From Thalia democratica (taxonomy: Eukaryota), in contig OZ241834.1 of NCBI GenBank assembly GCA_965202585.1, positions 7,502,001 to 7,566,000 of the forward strand: a DNA stretch of 64,000 nt, written 5' to 3'. The notes under the pieces were generated by a model. That model saw only the letters and a list, made by a program, of their open reading frames with translations, did not search any database and was not told the DNA's origin. The translations under genes were made by a program, and so were the position numbers. Of the stretch, positions 49,159 to 63,400 are shown piece by piece. Position 1 is the first letter of the stretch. Each line of letters begins with the position of its first letter.

Positions 49159-49470
49159 TAGGGGTAGGCAACGTAAGACATACTTTTACCTTGAAAACAA
49201 CTTACGTGAATTAGAAAAAGTTAAGTTTTCAGTTACCAAAATAGTTTAATTTTTAGTTTAAAATGAGCTCTTGTAGTTAGATTTTTTTGTTAACCAATGC
49301 TTAAAACTTACTGTATTATTCAATTTAAAAAAGGTTTTATCTATTTTTGTTATATAAATTTTTAATTTACGCGGCCGGGTAAAACTATATTTTAACACGT
49401 TCGGTCCGCAAAAGAATCTTCTGGTAAATCTGGCTTTCATCCCACTATAAAAAAACTTGATCCTCTCCTA
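49159..49470. mobile_element. Old hAT (Charlie-type) MITE
   Basis: TAGGGGTAGGCAAC … TTGATCCTCTCCTA degenerate TIRs. Internal GCGGCC/GGTCCGC motifs. Flanks CTGTATAG / CTGTACAA match 6/8. Confidence 0.55.
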
Positions 49471-50272
49471 CTGTACAAACAAAATTTTTGAATTTATACA
49501 TGTAGACACATTCATATTAGATGCGTAGGGTTATAAATATAATTAAAATTTTGAGCTTTGAACAAAGCAAGTAATTTAAGGGATTCATATTTCACTAAAC
49601 AACCGAAAACAGTTTTTAGTAACTGTATAAATAAATACAAATATTTACTTTAGACTCAAAACTGTTATTGACATTCCAAGATGAGTACATTACAAACATT
49701 TTCTCCTTTTCACAGATAGTACCAAAATACAAAACTTTGAAGGTACAATAGAAATTTAAGTAATTTTAAGAAAAATATACTAAATAAGCTAGTGTTTGAC
49801 AAAAAAAAACGATGTACTAAATAAGCTAGATTATTTTTGACAAACCAATAGCACATAAAACTTATATTATCTAAAAACAAGATGATATATATAGCTGACA
49901 GGTATAGAAACAATTAAACTGAACTCACAAAAAAAAAGTCCTAGTTAGCCTTATTTAATAATTTTAAAAACCTAAGTGAAGTACTAGTTAAAAATATTAT
50001 AAATTTTCACTATTAAGCTATAGAATGGTTACTTTAAACTATAGATTCTTATTTGGTAGAAATAAAAAGCCTTACAAATTTTTCTTTAAAGAAACTACTC
50101 TAAGAACTAATAACAGTTTTATATACATAATTAGAAAGTATAAAAACATAACTTTCAAAACTTACTCAAAAAGTTTTCAAAGTTTTTTAAAGCCTGTGAG
50201 TTCTTCTAAACTAGTCTGGATTCTTTTACTTCAAAATATTTTTGAAAAATAGAAAAATATTCAGTTTATTTA

Positions 50273-50303
<31 letters not shown>
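50273..50303. repeat. (AT)n microsatellite
   Basis: ATATATATATATATGTATATATATATATATA, read directly. Confidence 0.9.
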
Positions 50304-51471
50304 AAGAGTAAACTTGACAAGCGATTTGTTTTATTAAACTGTTAAAACATGTTTAGATAAGAAATTAAAATATATTTATTGACTTTAAAAAAATTAATTA
50401 ACAATTAGTAGATTCTCATTATAAAAAAATTTAATTTTTAAGTACTTATTTTAAAAAAATTATAACTTTATTTTTAACTTGATTACTTTAATTTAAAACT
50501 CAATACTAAACAATTTTGTAACGTATTTAATACCATTAAAAGCTCATTATTCAAGTTCATGAATTTTAAAACCATGCTTAAGTATTTTTAAAGCAAACAC
50601 ACATTAAACTACAATAAAAACACTAATAAACGAGTATTACTTCAATTTTAAAAATCTCTGATATTACTAAACGGCAGTAAAAGTAAGCTAAATAAAAGTC
50701 GTAAAAATATTTGAAAAATTGTGGGTTTCTAAAATTGACTGCGAAAATTGATGTAAGCTTTAAAATTTAGTTTGAAATGATCAACTTAAAATTAAACTTG
50801 TTTTAAAACTGATGTACAATTTGTATTTGGTAAATACAGTAACTAAATAATGAAATGTAAAGATCATGTTTAAAAATGAAAAAGATATCTACACTACAAT
50901 TAAATACATTAAAAATTAGTTGTATAAAATTTAGTTGTACATAAAAAACTAATCATCATTTTGAAATACTAAAACTTCACTGATTCTAAAAGTAATGTGG
51001 TCAAAGGAATGCAAAAGTGCTAATTACATGAAGGCACGAAAATGACAAATTTAAAATAAAAAATATATAAAACTTACATACTTGCATACATCTGATACTG
51101 CAAATAAAAAACTAACTTCAAAGGACACCGTTGCTGACAAAATGGCAACAAAAAAAAATTGAAGAAATACTATATACTAGTGAGGAGATAAAAGATAAAG
51201 TTACAGTTTAAAAAAAAAGAGCAATCAAGCACAGATGCATGACAATTCAAATTCATGTTAAAAAATTTAAGGGTCCACATCTCATAAAACAACTTGAAAT
51301 TTAAATAAATCCTCTAATTCTAATTGATAACACTATGATGACAAAAGCCTTTTTAATACTTTTCAAAAGACATAGTTCATTTGACTTATTAAAACTTTAA
51401 ACGTGAGAACTTGAACTGTCGTGCAAGCAACCAATCAAATAACAGAATAAATGTTTAATCAACCAATCAAA

Positions 51472-54400
51472 TCACAACACGTCGTCTTCAATGGTGTCTT
51501 CATCTTCCAATAACAAAGATCTCTCCTTGTTGTTGCTCTGAGTTTCGTTCTTCAAACTTATCGATCCGTTTCCTATCGACAGCGAGTGAAGCGACTCGAC
51601 AACCTGGTAAATTTTTGATAATTAAAATAAAAATTATATATATCATCTCACTGGTAATTAGTTGATAAATCAGCACATATTTGATCTAGTTTATTCCAAG
51701 TTCAAACTAGACTATCACAATGCTTTAAGTATTGAATTACCACTAGACACTATTTTTGTTTTATAAAAGTTTGGGTGTTAAATAAGGAAAACATTATAAT
51801 AAATTAAATAAATGATTTATATTTCAACCACCTGAAAATTGATTTTACGTTCAAGGTTTTATAAATTTGAAAACTAAGTGTTATGGTTCGTAAAAGCAAT
51901 ACAGTTCTACAACTTTGTTAAACCGGTATTTGGTAGCTTGATTAATTTATAAAAAAAACCTGAAACCTATCAAGTTACCAAATACCAGATAAATAAAGTT
52001 ATAGAAGTGTATTGTTTCTATGAACTATAACATCAATTTTTTGAATTTATAAAATCATGAATGTAGTTTGTAGATTCAACAAATAAAAATTATTTTTCGC
52101 AAAATATTCGTTTTGTATATACTTTCCAAACGACTCAATAGCTTTAGAAAGTAATTTTTTTTAATATTTTGTAAAACAATCGGCTTCAAAATCCGGAAAA
52201 TTAAATTAAAAAATACATAAACTAAAAAGAGATGATTTTTTACAATTAAAACATATAAATATTACAAAAACTGTATGAAATCAAATCTTACTTTATTTTT
52301 AATTTTTTGTATCTGCTGTACAGTGGAAACCCTGTTCTTTTGTTGGGGTTGAAGCGCCCCCTCAATACCCACAACGACATTCACCTGGTCGTCACGCAAC
52401 ACGTCGTTGCCATTAGTAACATAGGTCGGTTGGGGCAGGGAGGAAGGATCCCGTTTCTTGTGACTAAAATTGAAAAATATCAGCAGATGTCTACATCAAA
52501 TTTTAACTTATAAAAAAAGTTTTGAAACATAAAAGAATATTAGCAACCTAAAAATACTAAAATAATTTCACATAAAACAAATATTTAAAAAAATAATAAC
52601 TTTTTCTACAAAAACTCTATGTTAAGAAGTTTTAATTCCCAAAAAAAAAAACACTTTTCTAATATACAACGGTGGGATAAAACCTAAATAACGAATGATT
52701 TGAACAACTAATAAACTTTTACCACAAAACACTTAACAACCAACAATTTCAGCATCAAGCTGGAGGTGACGACGCTGACCGAGGAAGCCGCCATGGCCGC
52801 CGAACCCATCCACGGCTGCAGTATGACCCCGGCCCAGAAGAACACGCCCGCGGCCAACGGGACGCCCACCAGGTTGTATACGCAGGCCAGGACGAAGTTG
52901 ACCCGGATCCTTCTGATCACCACCTTGGACAGGTCGATCGCCGCCACCACGTCCATGAGGTCGTTCTGTGGTGAAATTTTGTTTTTATAATTGATTGATT
53001 AATTAATTTTTAACTTAGTCAACTGATGTACATTTATGTTGTTTTTTTTGAAAAACAGATTTTAGTTTAAACAATATTGTTAATCGAGAATAAATATAAT
53101 TACAAATTTCAACCGACCCTGATCAATACAACGTCGGCGGCTTCCACGGCAACGTCCGTCCCCGTTCCTATGGCAACCCCCACGTCTGCCTGGGCGAGTG
53201 CGGGGGAGTCGTTGACACCGTCCCCTATCATGGCAACCTTGGTTGTTGGGGACTGCAGTTGTCTGACCTTGGAAACTTTGTGGGAGGGAAGCACCTCCGC
53301 GTACACCTTGTTTATCCCCACCTAGCGGATAAAATAATTCGTTGTTATAATAGTTCTACGAAAATAGTCTAATTTCTAAAACATAAAACTTTATTTTTAT
53401 ATAAAGTTTAATTTTAATATGTAAAATTTACGTTAAATATAATAGGTTAGTATATGTTTTCAAAAGAGGAGAAAACATAAGTAATCCAAAACTTTTCTCA
53501 GACTTGATGGAAACATAAAAGTAATTTATATTAACAACTTAAGAGTATTATGTCAAGTTGTGCCTATACCATGTAGTTAAAAGTAAAAAAAAGTAATTTA
53601 TTGAAACAGTTCAAGTATTTTTGTAGGTATATGTTTTTGAAAATAAGTAGTAAAAACAAATAGTTCATAAAATTTTTAAGCTACACATTTGTTTAAGCGT
53701 AATCGTATCTTAAACAAACTTACAACTTATTTAATAAAAATATCAAGCATTATACTTTGTGGCTGTATCTTTTAGTAAGCCCGCTACATTTAGTTACACA
53801 AATTCTTTTGAAATATATATATATTTAGATTTCCTTTATTTTTTGGTGTTATATGAATATTATTCAACTAAAATTTATATAAGTTGTATGTTCGTTTATT
53901 TAAAAAACTAAATAAATATTATACATGCCTAGCTTTACCTGATTTAAAAAACAGTAATTTTAAACTTATACTTTAAGTATGTATATTTTATGTTGGTAGC
54001 TGGATTAAAAAAAAATGTTTGAACAAAACTTTAGAACCTAGGTAAGTTAGTTAAAAAGACAACAAAGCAAATAAGAAACATAAAATAAGCTAAGTTTTGA
54101 AAAGGTAGGCTGTTATAAAACTGTTCTTACCGTTGAGACATGTTTCACTTGCATAAACTTTAACTCTAAAATACTTTTTCTTGCATTAATTTGATAAGGT
54201 ATTGTTTGTAGTCGTACAGCATCATAAACAAAAAGACGCCGAATATTATTTAGAGAAAAATAAAACATTAATAAAACATCGAATATTTGCTTTTATCATT
54301 AAAAATGAAGTTTGAAACAAGAAAATTAAAAAAAGCGCAAATTGGCAGGATTAGTGTTCAAAAATAGTAGAGTAACTAAACATAGCAGTCACAACACGAT

Positions 54401-57400
54401 TATTAAAACTACAAAGGGAACATGTTTGTGAGATTTCCTCTTCACGTTGGTTTTATATAATTTGTTGAAGACAAACTATATTTGTGCTACAAACAATTTT
54501 TTCTTATTTTTGCATCATAAAAATTACGTGACATTATGTACACAAATCAAATATCATACAGTAATACAGAAACTTATCTTCTAACTGTTAATATTAAAAA
54601 TGTATTCAAAAAATACTTTACAACGTCTTATCGCTAAATATCATTCTAAATAATTAAACTCTGATATGTGAGTTAGTTCAATGTTAGTTTAACTAACACT
54701 CAATTTATGTAACAATGCTTTTTTAAGTAAAACCCTACTTTTTGTAAGTTTTTAAGAATATTAGAGTGAGATGTAATAAAAAGTAAAACTTTTTTAGATA
54801 TTTTTATGCATTAGTTGTCATGTAGCATTTAAAAAAAATAAATTTCGTCAATTGCTAGAATAAAGTATACATACTTCATACATTGAAAAGAAAGAGTCAA
54901 AAAAACTACTAAGATAATAACTTCTAGTTGTAGACCTAAGATTTTAAAACATAATAGTTTAAAATTAGTACATGCGGTTTTAAATACTAAACAAAAAAGT
55001 AAGCGCTGTTGAGTTTAGACAAATAAATTGTTTTAAGTCTGTGAACTGCTAGTCAATTAAATGTCTTCTAAAATGTATAAAATATATGTATTTAGGAAAA
55101 CTGGTTATGATAGATAGAAAGTATAAAAAGTCAGAAGCTTAAATGTTTATACGCATACTTAAAATAATGCTTTTTTATAAAAACCTTACAAACTTAATTA
55201 ATAATACAAACAGTTTTTTGAATTTCACACATTTTGAAAACTTATCGAAGCATAAGTATTTTTTGCCTGGGCATACTATTTCGTGGCTTGGCAAAACTTT
55301 CATTGTTTGACTTAAGCTCAAATTTAAATTCATGTGTTTTATGTCTAATTTTTAAATATTGAGGTATTCTTAAATCTTTTTGTCAAAAAGCAATACAATG
55401 AAAAATTAGAATTAAAATAGCTAAACATGTTAAATTTGTTGTGTTTAGTTGTTTTCCTTTGGTTTAAAAACAACAAAAGCAACATAACTACTCTATAAAA
55501 ACACAAAATACACTACAGTGAAAAGGTTTAATACTTGAATGGAAAATAATTTAGTAGTTTTCTGACGGTTATAGATGAAAAAATTTGTAAAAAAACTAAT
55601 TTCAAAAGTTTAACAACTACCATAAAATTAAATCTTAATAATGATACCTGTATAATATATTTATAATACTACAGAGCTAAACACATTTTATTGTACGAAT
55701 AAATACAAAAACTCTAAACATAAGCTTGAATTTATAATTTTTTAATAATAAATCAAAAAGTAAATAAGTTGTCTTAAATGTAAGCTAAGCATGTTAGTAG
55801 ATTATTACAATAACAATAATTAAAAAAATTCTAAACTATAAAATAAAATATTAAGTATATAATTAAACCAATAGAAAATTTTAATCAATAAAAAACAATT
55901 AATAAAACCAACCTGTCTTGCGATGGCACGCGCAGTTTTTCTGTTGTCTCCGGTCAGCAGTATCACGTCGATGTCCATGCTTTTAAGGGTTTGGACCGCC
56001 AGGGCCGCCTCCTCCTTCACAGTGTCCGCGATACCTATCATCCCTGACAACCGGTTGTCAATGGCAACCAGGATGGCCGTGTGACCGCACTCCTCCTGCT
56101 CTGTTGCCAAAATTATAAGCAATTTTTTTAAACTTTTTTTTTATTTACTATGTATGTTGGGTCAATATTAATTTGAGATCAGCAAATTTTTAAATTTAAA
56201 TTTATTTTAAATACTAATCATTAGCACATTTCACTATAATCATGCTGAAACTGTTCACTGCATTTTCATTATAATTTTTTTTTTTTTTTCTTACATGACA
56301 ATAAATAAATATTGTGTGATTTGATTACTTGTTTTTTTTATAATTTTTACAAAAAAATAACAGCATAATAAACTTTATTCTGACAGATAGTTAAAGAGAT
56401 TGTACAAGAAATGATGCCTTGAAAGCATTTTATACTTTTCGAGAGATTTTAAAAAATTCTGTGTTAAAAAAATCATTTGAATTGCAAAACTTTAATATAT
56501 TTACCAAACCAGTTAGGAAAATTATTATAAATAAAAAAAAAAGATAACTTATGCATAACAAATTCGTGTCTGTTTAATGGTTCGCTGATTCTTTTAAAGA
56601 ACTAAATTTAGTTTAGGAATTTGGATGAATGTGATAATGTTATATAAAATTAAAATAGATGTGAAAGTTATTAGTTATTAGGTGTATGTCATTTTTTATT
56701 TAAATTTTTTTATACATTTGTTTATTTTAATTTAGCAGTAAAATATAAAACACTTCTAAAATTAACTTTGTCAAAACTTTAATATTTTGACACAATATAA
56801 AAGTAATAAATACAACATATTTTTTTCCTATTTTAAAGGTGCTAACAACTTATAAAAAAAATAAAAACTATTTTAGGTTATAAATAAATTTATCTAAAAA
56901 ACCGTTCGAAGCTTTTTACATATACAAAACTAGCTTCAATATTTTTTTCAAAAGCTATATTCACAAATTATCTTAAGGAATATTAACACAATAAAAAATT
57001 AGAGTAAAACATATTGTTTATAGAAATTGACAACTTTATTGCAAAGTTTAGTTTCGCTATATTAAAAAGAGGAACTTTTTATGGAGATAAGTATCATTAT
57101 AAATAAAAGTTAATTGGTAACCGTTACAAGATTAAATATTTTTGGTTAAAAACGTGCCATGTTCAGATCAGTGGTTTGAAACGCGAAACTACTGAAAGTA
57201 ATCTACTTTCTAGTAAGAAATATGTATTGCACACCACAAAATAATACATTAATAAAACTAAACTTTATCATTACTAAATATAAATAAGTATTTTAAAAAG
57301 TTTAATTCTTTATTACTAATTAGTACTTTTAATTGTTTAATTCTCTTCAAAATTTGTAAGAAATTTGGAAAAATTATTTTAATGGATATAAAATTATGTA

Positions 57401-60400
57401 GTATAAAAATATTAATTCATACTAACCAGACATAGTGGTGTCCAATGTATTTTCAATCGCGTTCCTTGCCATCCATTCGCGATTTCCGATCAAAACTTTG
57501 AACTTTTTGCTCATTTTCAGGTCTTTCACCTCGTTTTTAGATCTCGCAAAATCTTCTCCACTCTGTTATATGAGAACATGTTTAATAAGGATATAACAAA
57601 ATTATTGAAAATTAATAACAGCAATTTTTTTAGGTCAGCTGCCTTTTAGAAAAAAACAAATTTTACTCAATAAAAGTTCTTCGCAGACCAGAGTGTTTTA
57701 AGAATTTTTTTTTAAACTAAATATTCAAACGCAAGCGTCTAATGAATTACACATAAAATAGATAGCATATATTACTCACAAGCAATAAAAATAGCATATA
57801 TTGGATACAAAATTTTAAACCGTCTTCTGTGTTAAAACTTTTTCTTAGGCGGCCAAATTTTGCCCGCAGTTTTCCGACTACTGATGTAGATTAAAAGAAA
57901 ATAATAATTTAATAAACATTCTTTCTTTAACAAACAAACAATAATCACCTGATCAACAGCAGAGTTGACGCTGTTTGATAGCAAACTGACAGCACCTTCC
58001 ACTGTGCACTGAATTCCGCAACCTGCCACCGATTTGAAGTCTGTAGCGTTTCCGAGCGTTTCAGCACCCAGAACCTGGTGTTTGTTTATACTTACTTGTA
58101 TTATTTAATGTATCTATTAGATAGTTGGAACTATTTGGTAAGCGAGTTTGTTTTAAAAGTTTTGATTTAGTTGATAAAACTTGTTAACTTAAAATATATT
58201 TAACACCAAAGTCTCAAAAAGGTAGTATATAACAGTCAAATAGTACATTAGAGGTAAAAAATAAAAACTTGTAATCAAAATATAACATGTTTTTCTTCTA
58301 TGTTAATTCAAAAACCATGCCGAGTCAAAAAAATTGTGATGCTATTTTCGGGTGAACTTATCATATTTTGAGTTAATAGGAAAATAACATTCTAAAAAAC
58401 TTTCAATACATAACTTTACTACCCCAAAAATTTATCAAAACTAAGAAAATTTATAAATATAAATCTACTGTTTTAGCTAATAATCTATTGTTTAAAGCAA
58501 AAGTTCAACAAATTTAGGTTAAAGTCATCCGTTCAAAATTGTTTAAACAACTTTTCAGCGTTAAATGAGTCAAGATAAGAATTTCAAAAGCTTTGCAAAC
58601 TATACTTTAATAAACTTTACAAAACTCAAAGTTTTTAACAGTGAATTGAGTAATAAAACGCTTCATTCGAGGCCAACATGGTTAATAATGTAAATAATGA
58701 GGTGTTTATTCAAACAAATTTGTTTGTTTATTTCAATGTGAGTTTCAACATTTGTTTATGTATTTTTAAAAAGATACTCAAGCCTTTGCAACTTGTGGTT
58801 TTTCAAAACAAACTGATTTTTCCAAACTTTAATTTTTTTCCTGAAAACTTGTATTATGTTTTATTGTAAATTAATTCTGAGCTACTGATTATCTTTTAAA
58901 ATTGTGTTTATATCAAAAATATTTGAAAATGAAATCAATAAGCTATTGAAATGGATAGTCTTGTGTTGAACAAACTGCAGAAGACTAAATTAGTCACTGA
59001 ATTCACACAAAAAAAATGGAAAAAATTAAACAACAAACTTTTATTGTTTCTATTAATGTTTAAAAAGTAATTGATAAACTTTTGCAATATAAAAATAACT
59101 GAAGAAACTTTCCAGAACAGACTTAAAAAGATTAACTTAGCCAATGAAATACAAACTTGTTTGGCTTTCTTCACAACCGCCTGGCCGAGCGGATGCTCGC
59201 TCGCGTTCTCAGCAGTACCCACAATAGCCATGAACAACCTTGTTGATACTTCACTGCACAACTTGGTAGCTACCACTTCTGGCTCGCCCTTCGTGATTGT
59301 ACCTGTCTTGTCGAACACTACCGTCTTTATCTGCAGAATTTATATTTAGTATTAAAATGTTATCTTTGCATGTTAAATATGTATGTAGAGTTATTAGTAT
59401 AAAAAATGTCTTTTTCTCGTGAATCTACTAGCAGTTTTTAGTTGAAAATATCTTCAAAAGTTGCCTTTGATTGTAAATTTATAATGATTTTAGTATAAAA
59501 ATAAGTATTACACTTTATTAAAAATTTTCCCCTTACGTTTTAACTCTACTTTAAAGGAATAAATCTTAAAAGAGGAGACATTGCCCTTTAATTAGGAGCT
59601 ACTGCTTTAGAGTATGGTAAATATACTAAAGTTGCCTGGATGTGAGCTTTTTTTAACGTTGACTGAATTTTAACGTTGCTTATTTTTAGTATCTATTATG
59701 TATATGTAGGTATGTATTACTTAATTTTCTTTAATCAACAAACAAAACTGATAAATAAAAACTTAAGTACCACGTAAAACCAAAGTGAATGACAACTTTA
59801 CTTCTGATGTAAATATGACCATAAAAAACATTATCAGTATCAACATATTAAAAATGTGCATGTTTAAAACTTTTTTTATATTTTGTAGTTATAAGTTGTC
59901 CACAAAATTGAAATACTTAAAACTTTCTTAAACTACATAAAACAACAGCTTAGTATAAGAATTAAACCACTTAGGCCTGCATAAAAATACCGCTATTTAG
60001 TTTTTACTTCAATTTAAAGAATGTTTTTATTATTTGAAAATATATGAAAAGCAATTATTTGTTCATGTATTTACATTGACAAAATATATATATATGTATG
60101 TACTAAAAGAAATAGTAAATAAAAAATCCAATAACATATAAAAACCAACCTCGTGGGAAGTTTCGAGGGGCTGGCCCCCTTTTATCAGTATCCCGTTCTG
60201 CGCCCCGACGCCCGTTCCCACCATCACGGCGGTCGGGGTGGCGAGCCCCAACGCGCACGGACACGCGATCGCCAGCACGCTGATGGCCGTTTGGAAGGAG
60301 AAGCGGATCACCATCTCCCTGTCCGATATGTACCTGTGACGTCATAATATGATTGGTGGTGGGTTTTATTTTTTGTAGCTTGAAAGTTTTGTTTTAAAAA

Positions 60401-63400
60401 TCGATAAACCTAAATTAAAACTTGTCTAGATCTGCAGTTATTTTGCTTTAACTGAAAACAAACTCTGATTTTAGAAATGAGAATAAAAAGTTCAAGAGCT
60501 AGTTCAAATACGTACCTTAAAAATTAATTCAAGTTTTACTTGCATAAATTTTCATTATATGATTTTTGTTTTCACAGTATAAAGAATATTAAATAGAATG
60601 TTTATCACTAATAAGATTTTACGTCATTTCGTTTTAAGTTATTTTATTGTTTAGCTTTTGAGGTACTTTATTTTGTATAAAAATAACATTAAGTAAACTT
60701 AATTTAGATAATATTTTGAAATTAATTTTAAATGAAGACTTCTTTCTGAACAAATAAAATTAACAGTCGAAGAAATCATAATTCTATTTCAACTTGTAGT
60801 AACACAAAACAAAATGCAGAAGTATTTTTGTTCTTTATTTTGTACTTATGGAAATTTACTTTAAAAATTTATTGATATTTAAAAAAATCAATTTTTTAAG
60901 TATCAAATTTTAAAACTATAACTTTAAACTGTTTTATAAAAAATGTTGTGTTTAGTTTATATTTATTAGGTTTTTTTTGTAGTGTTCAAACATTTGTTGT
61001 ATATTTTTTAAAGTGTTTATGTTATTCTATTGCAGTAAAAAAAAGTCTTTACAGAGTTGAAATAACAACTTTGTATACTATTATTTTACATAAGTTATAA
61101 ATATAGAAAGTTTTCATTTTGGTTGAATAAAGCGTAAGTTAACCACTCGTGTGTTTATTTTAAATAATAATGAAGTATAGATAATAAAACTAAAACTAAA
61201 ACTAGTTAAATTTATCAATATAAAATAACAGCTTTTAAAGTAAAACTAACTGATGTAAAATTAATATATATTACTTAAAACTAGATATACAAAATGTCAA
61301 AGTAATTATATCATTCTAAAGCAAGTTTATCAAATTACGTTCAAAAATTAAAATTCTGAGTATAGAAAAATGTTTAATTTTAGCTTTAGCTTTTGTTTTT
61401 TATACTTGAAATTTTTAAGTAAGTGTTACAAAAAAAAAACTCACATGTTTTTTTTATTTAAAAACAAATTTCAATAAAATTCAAACTAACTCCCTACTTG
61501 CAAATCTCATTAATAACACGAAAAAATTTGGTTGAAATTAATTTTACTTTTCAACAAACTCAACATTTTTTTTTCAACAAACTCAAAAATTCAAGCTACG
61601 TATACACATGATACAAAACAATGCAAGACTACTTTTAACTTATTTAATTAATTACTTATATTAACTAAATGTATTTTGAATATAAGATCATACTTGTGCA
61701 GGTCGGCGAATTGGTCGAGTATTCTGGGGTGGGTGAACCCGATTGCCAGCCAGGAAACAAGGGTCACACCTGACAGTATAATCACCATGGGAACGAAATA
61801 CCCTGCTATCTTGTCCGCTATCTGAATATTGAATATTTACTTTGAAGTGTTAATATTCAGACAAGAACCTTAGAACTTTTTTACTTTAGTATACATTGTT
61901 TGAATTTTTAGACATAAATTGTAGTTTAATTTAATATATTTAGGTGATTACTCAATGCATAAAATCATTTTAGTTAAAAAACATAGTTGTTTTCTATAAT
62001 AAAAAAAAGTTGTATATCGAAGTTATAGTTAAATAACTAACTTCAACCAAAAAGTTACAAACACTAGATTGTTACTATAAGTTATATTTAGATGAACTTT
62101 AAAAGCCCAATTAATTATCATACTTTACAACGTTGCAACTCACACTACATGACTAATATGTTGGCGCATGAGTGAATTTTTCTCTACAGCTACGCGAACT
62201 TGATGAGCAAGCAAAAAAATAATTAGCAAAATAATTTGAAATATTTTCAAGAAACTGCTGGGGCGTGCTAAATACACTACGACCAGAAAATTAAACAATT
62301 CAAACAAGGAAAACAAAAAAAAACGAGCAAAGTTTTTATTGCGCATCGAAAAGTTTGAACAACTTTTTTTTGTCAAACTTCAAGTAGTTTTTACATGCTA
62401 AATCTTTTTGTATAGAACTTGTAATCCGGACAAATCCGAGAGCGAATATTTTTTTATTCATTTGAAATTTACAACAATGGCTACTTTTGAACATTTTACT
62501 TTGTAAAAATCAATAAAGAATAATTGTATGGCGCCGATAAGTTTAAAACCAGCCACGAAATAATAAAACACAAAAAAATATTCTTATAAATCCTTAACAA
62601 ATAGCCTGTGAGAGAATAAAACCTTGCATGTACTGATATATAAGTAATTTAGTATCGATTGATTGAAATATTCACAATAGCTTTTGAACAGTTGACCATA
62701 TTTAAAACTCAACTCTATGTATTGATTTCATTAGGAATATCAACACAAAATATTGCTGTTTTATTTAGGCTTTTTAACATACAACATTTAAGTGTAAATT
62801 CAAAAGTAAATATTAAAAATCAAACTTTAGAACTTTAAAAATTAAACACACTTTTGATAAAAGACTATAAAGTATTTAGATTTTATTTGTTGTAATCTCC
62901 CCAAAATTACCTAAAATGTTTTATTAACTTAAAACTTCACATTTACAAAGTTTAAAGTTTTTAAAGATATTAAGAAACAAAATTTTTTATTTAGATTTTC
63001 TTTTTATTTTTAAGAACACTTATCATATTTACTCAAAGTTGCATGATAAAAGAAACAAATTGGTTGCTAAAAAAATTTTATAAAAAAAATTTTCAAACAC
63101 TTTAGACATGAAAGTAGTTTATAAGTGTGTTTCGAAAAATTTTCTACTTAATAAAATAATGCAGTGTATTTGTCGACATTTTTTATTTAAATTTTGTCCC
63201 GAATAAAATTAAATGTCAATACTTTTTTGGTATTTAAACTACTATTTGAAATAAGTTGCAACTAAGTAAAAACATAATAACAGTTATTCTAAAAAAATCA
63301 CAGTTTTTTCACAATGTATTAATATTCACAAGTTTTATAATTATATGAAAGATAGGATTAAATACTGAATTTTTATCAACTTAAAATTAATCAGAAATAC

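Noticed and set aside
57848-57885. Charlie-like right-end remnant (GCGGCC…GCCCGC…TTCCGACTACTG)
   Set aside because: No left end or TSD identifiable.
1410-62376. The remaining 60-100 aa ORFs in the supplied track (e.g. 1410, 3401, 10031, 12770, 27533, 33287, 35339, 39574, 45849, 49710, 50025, 58678, 62140)
   Set aside because: F/L/I/K/N-rich translations expected by chance in ~20% GC DNA, or antisense/off-frame shadows of real exons.
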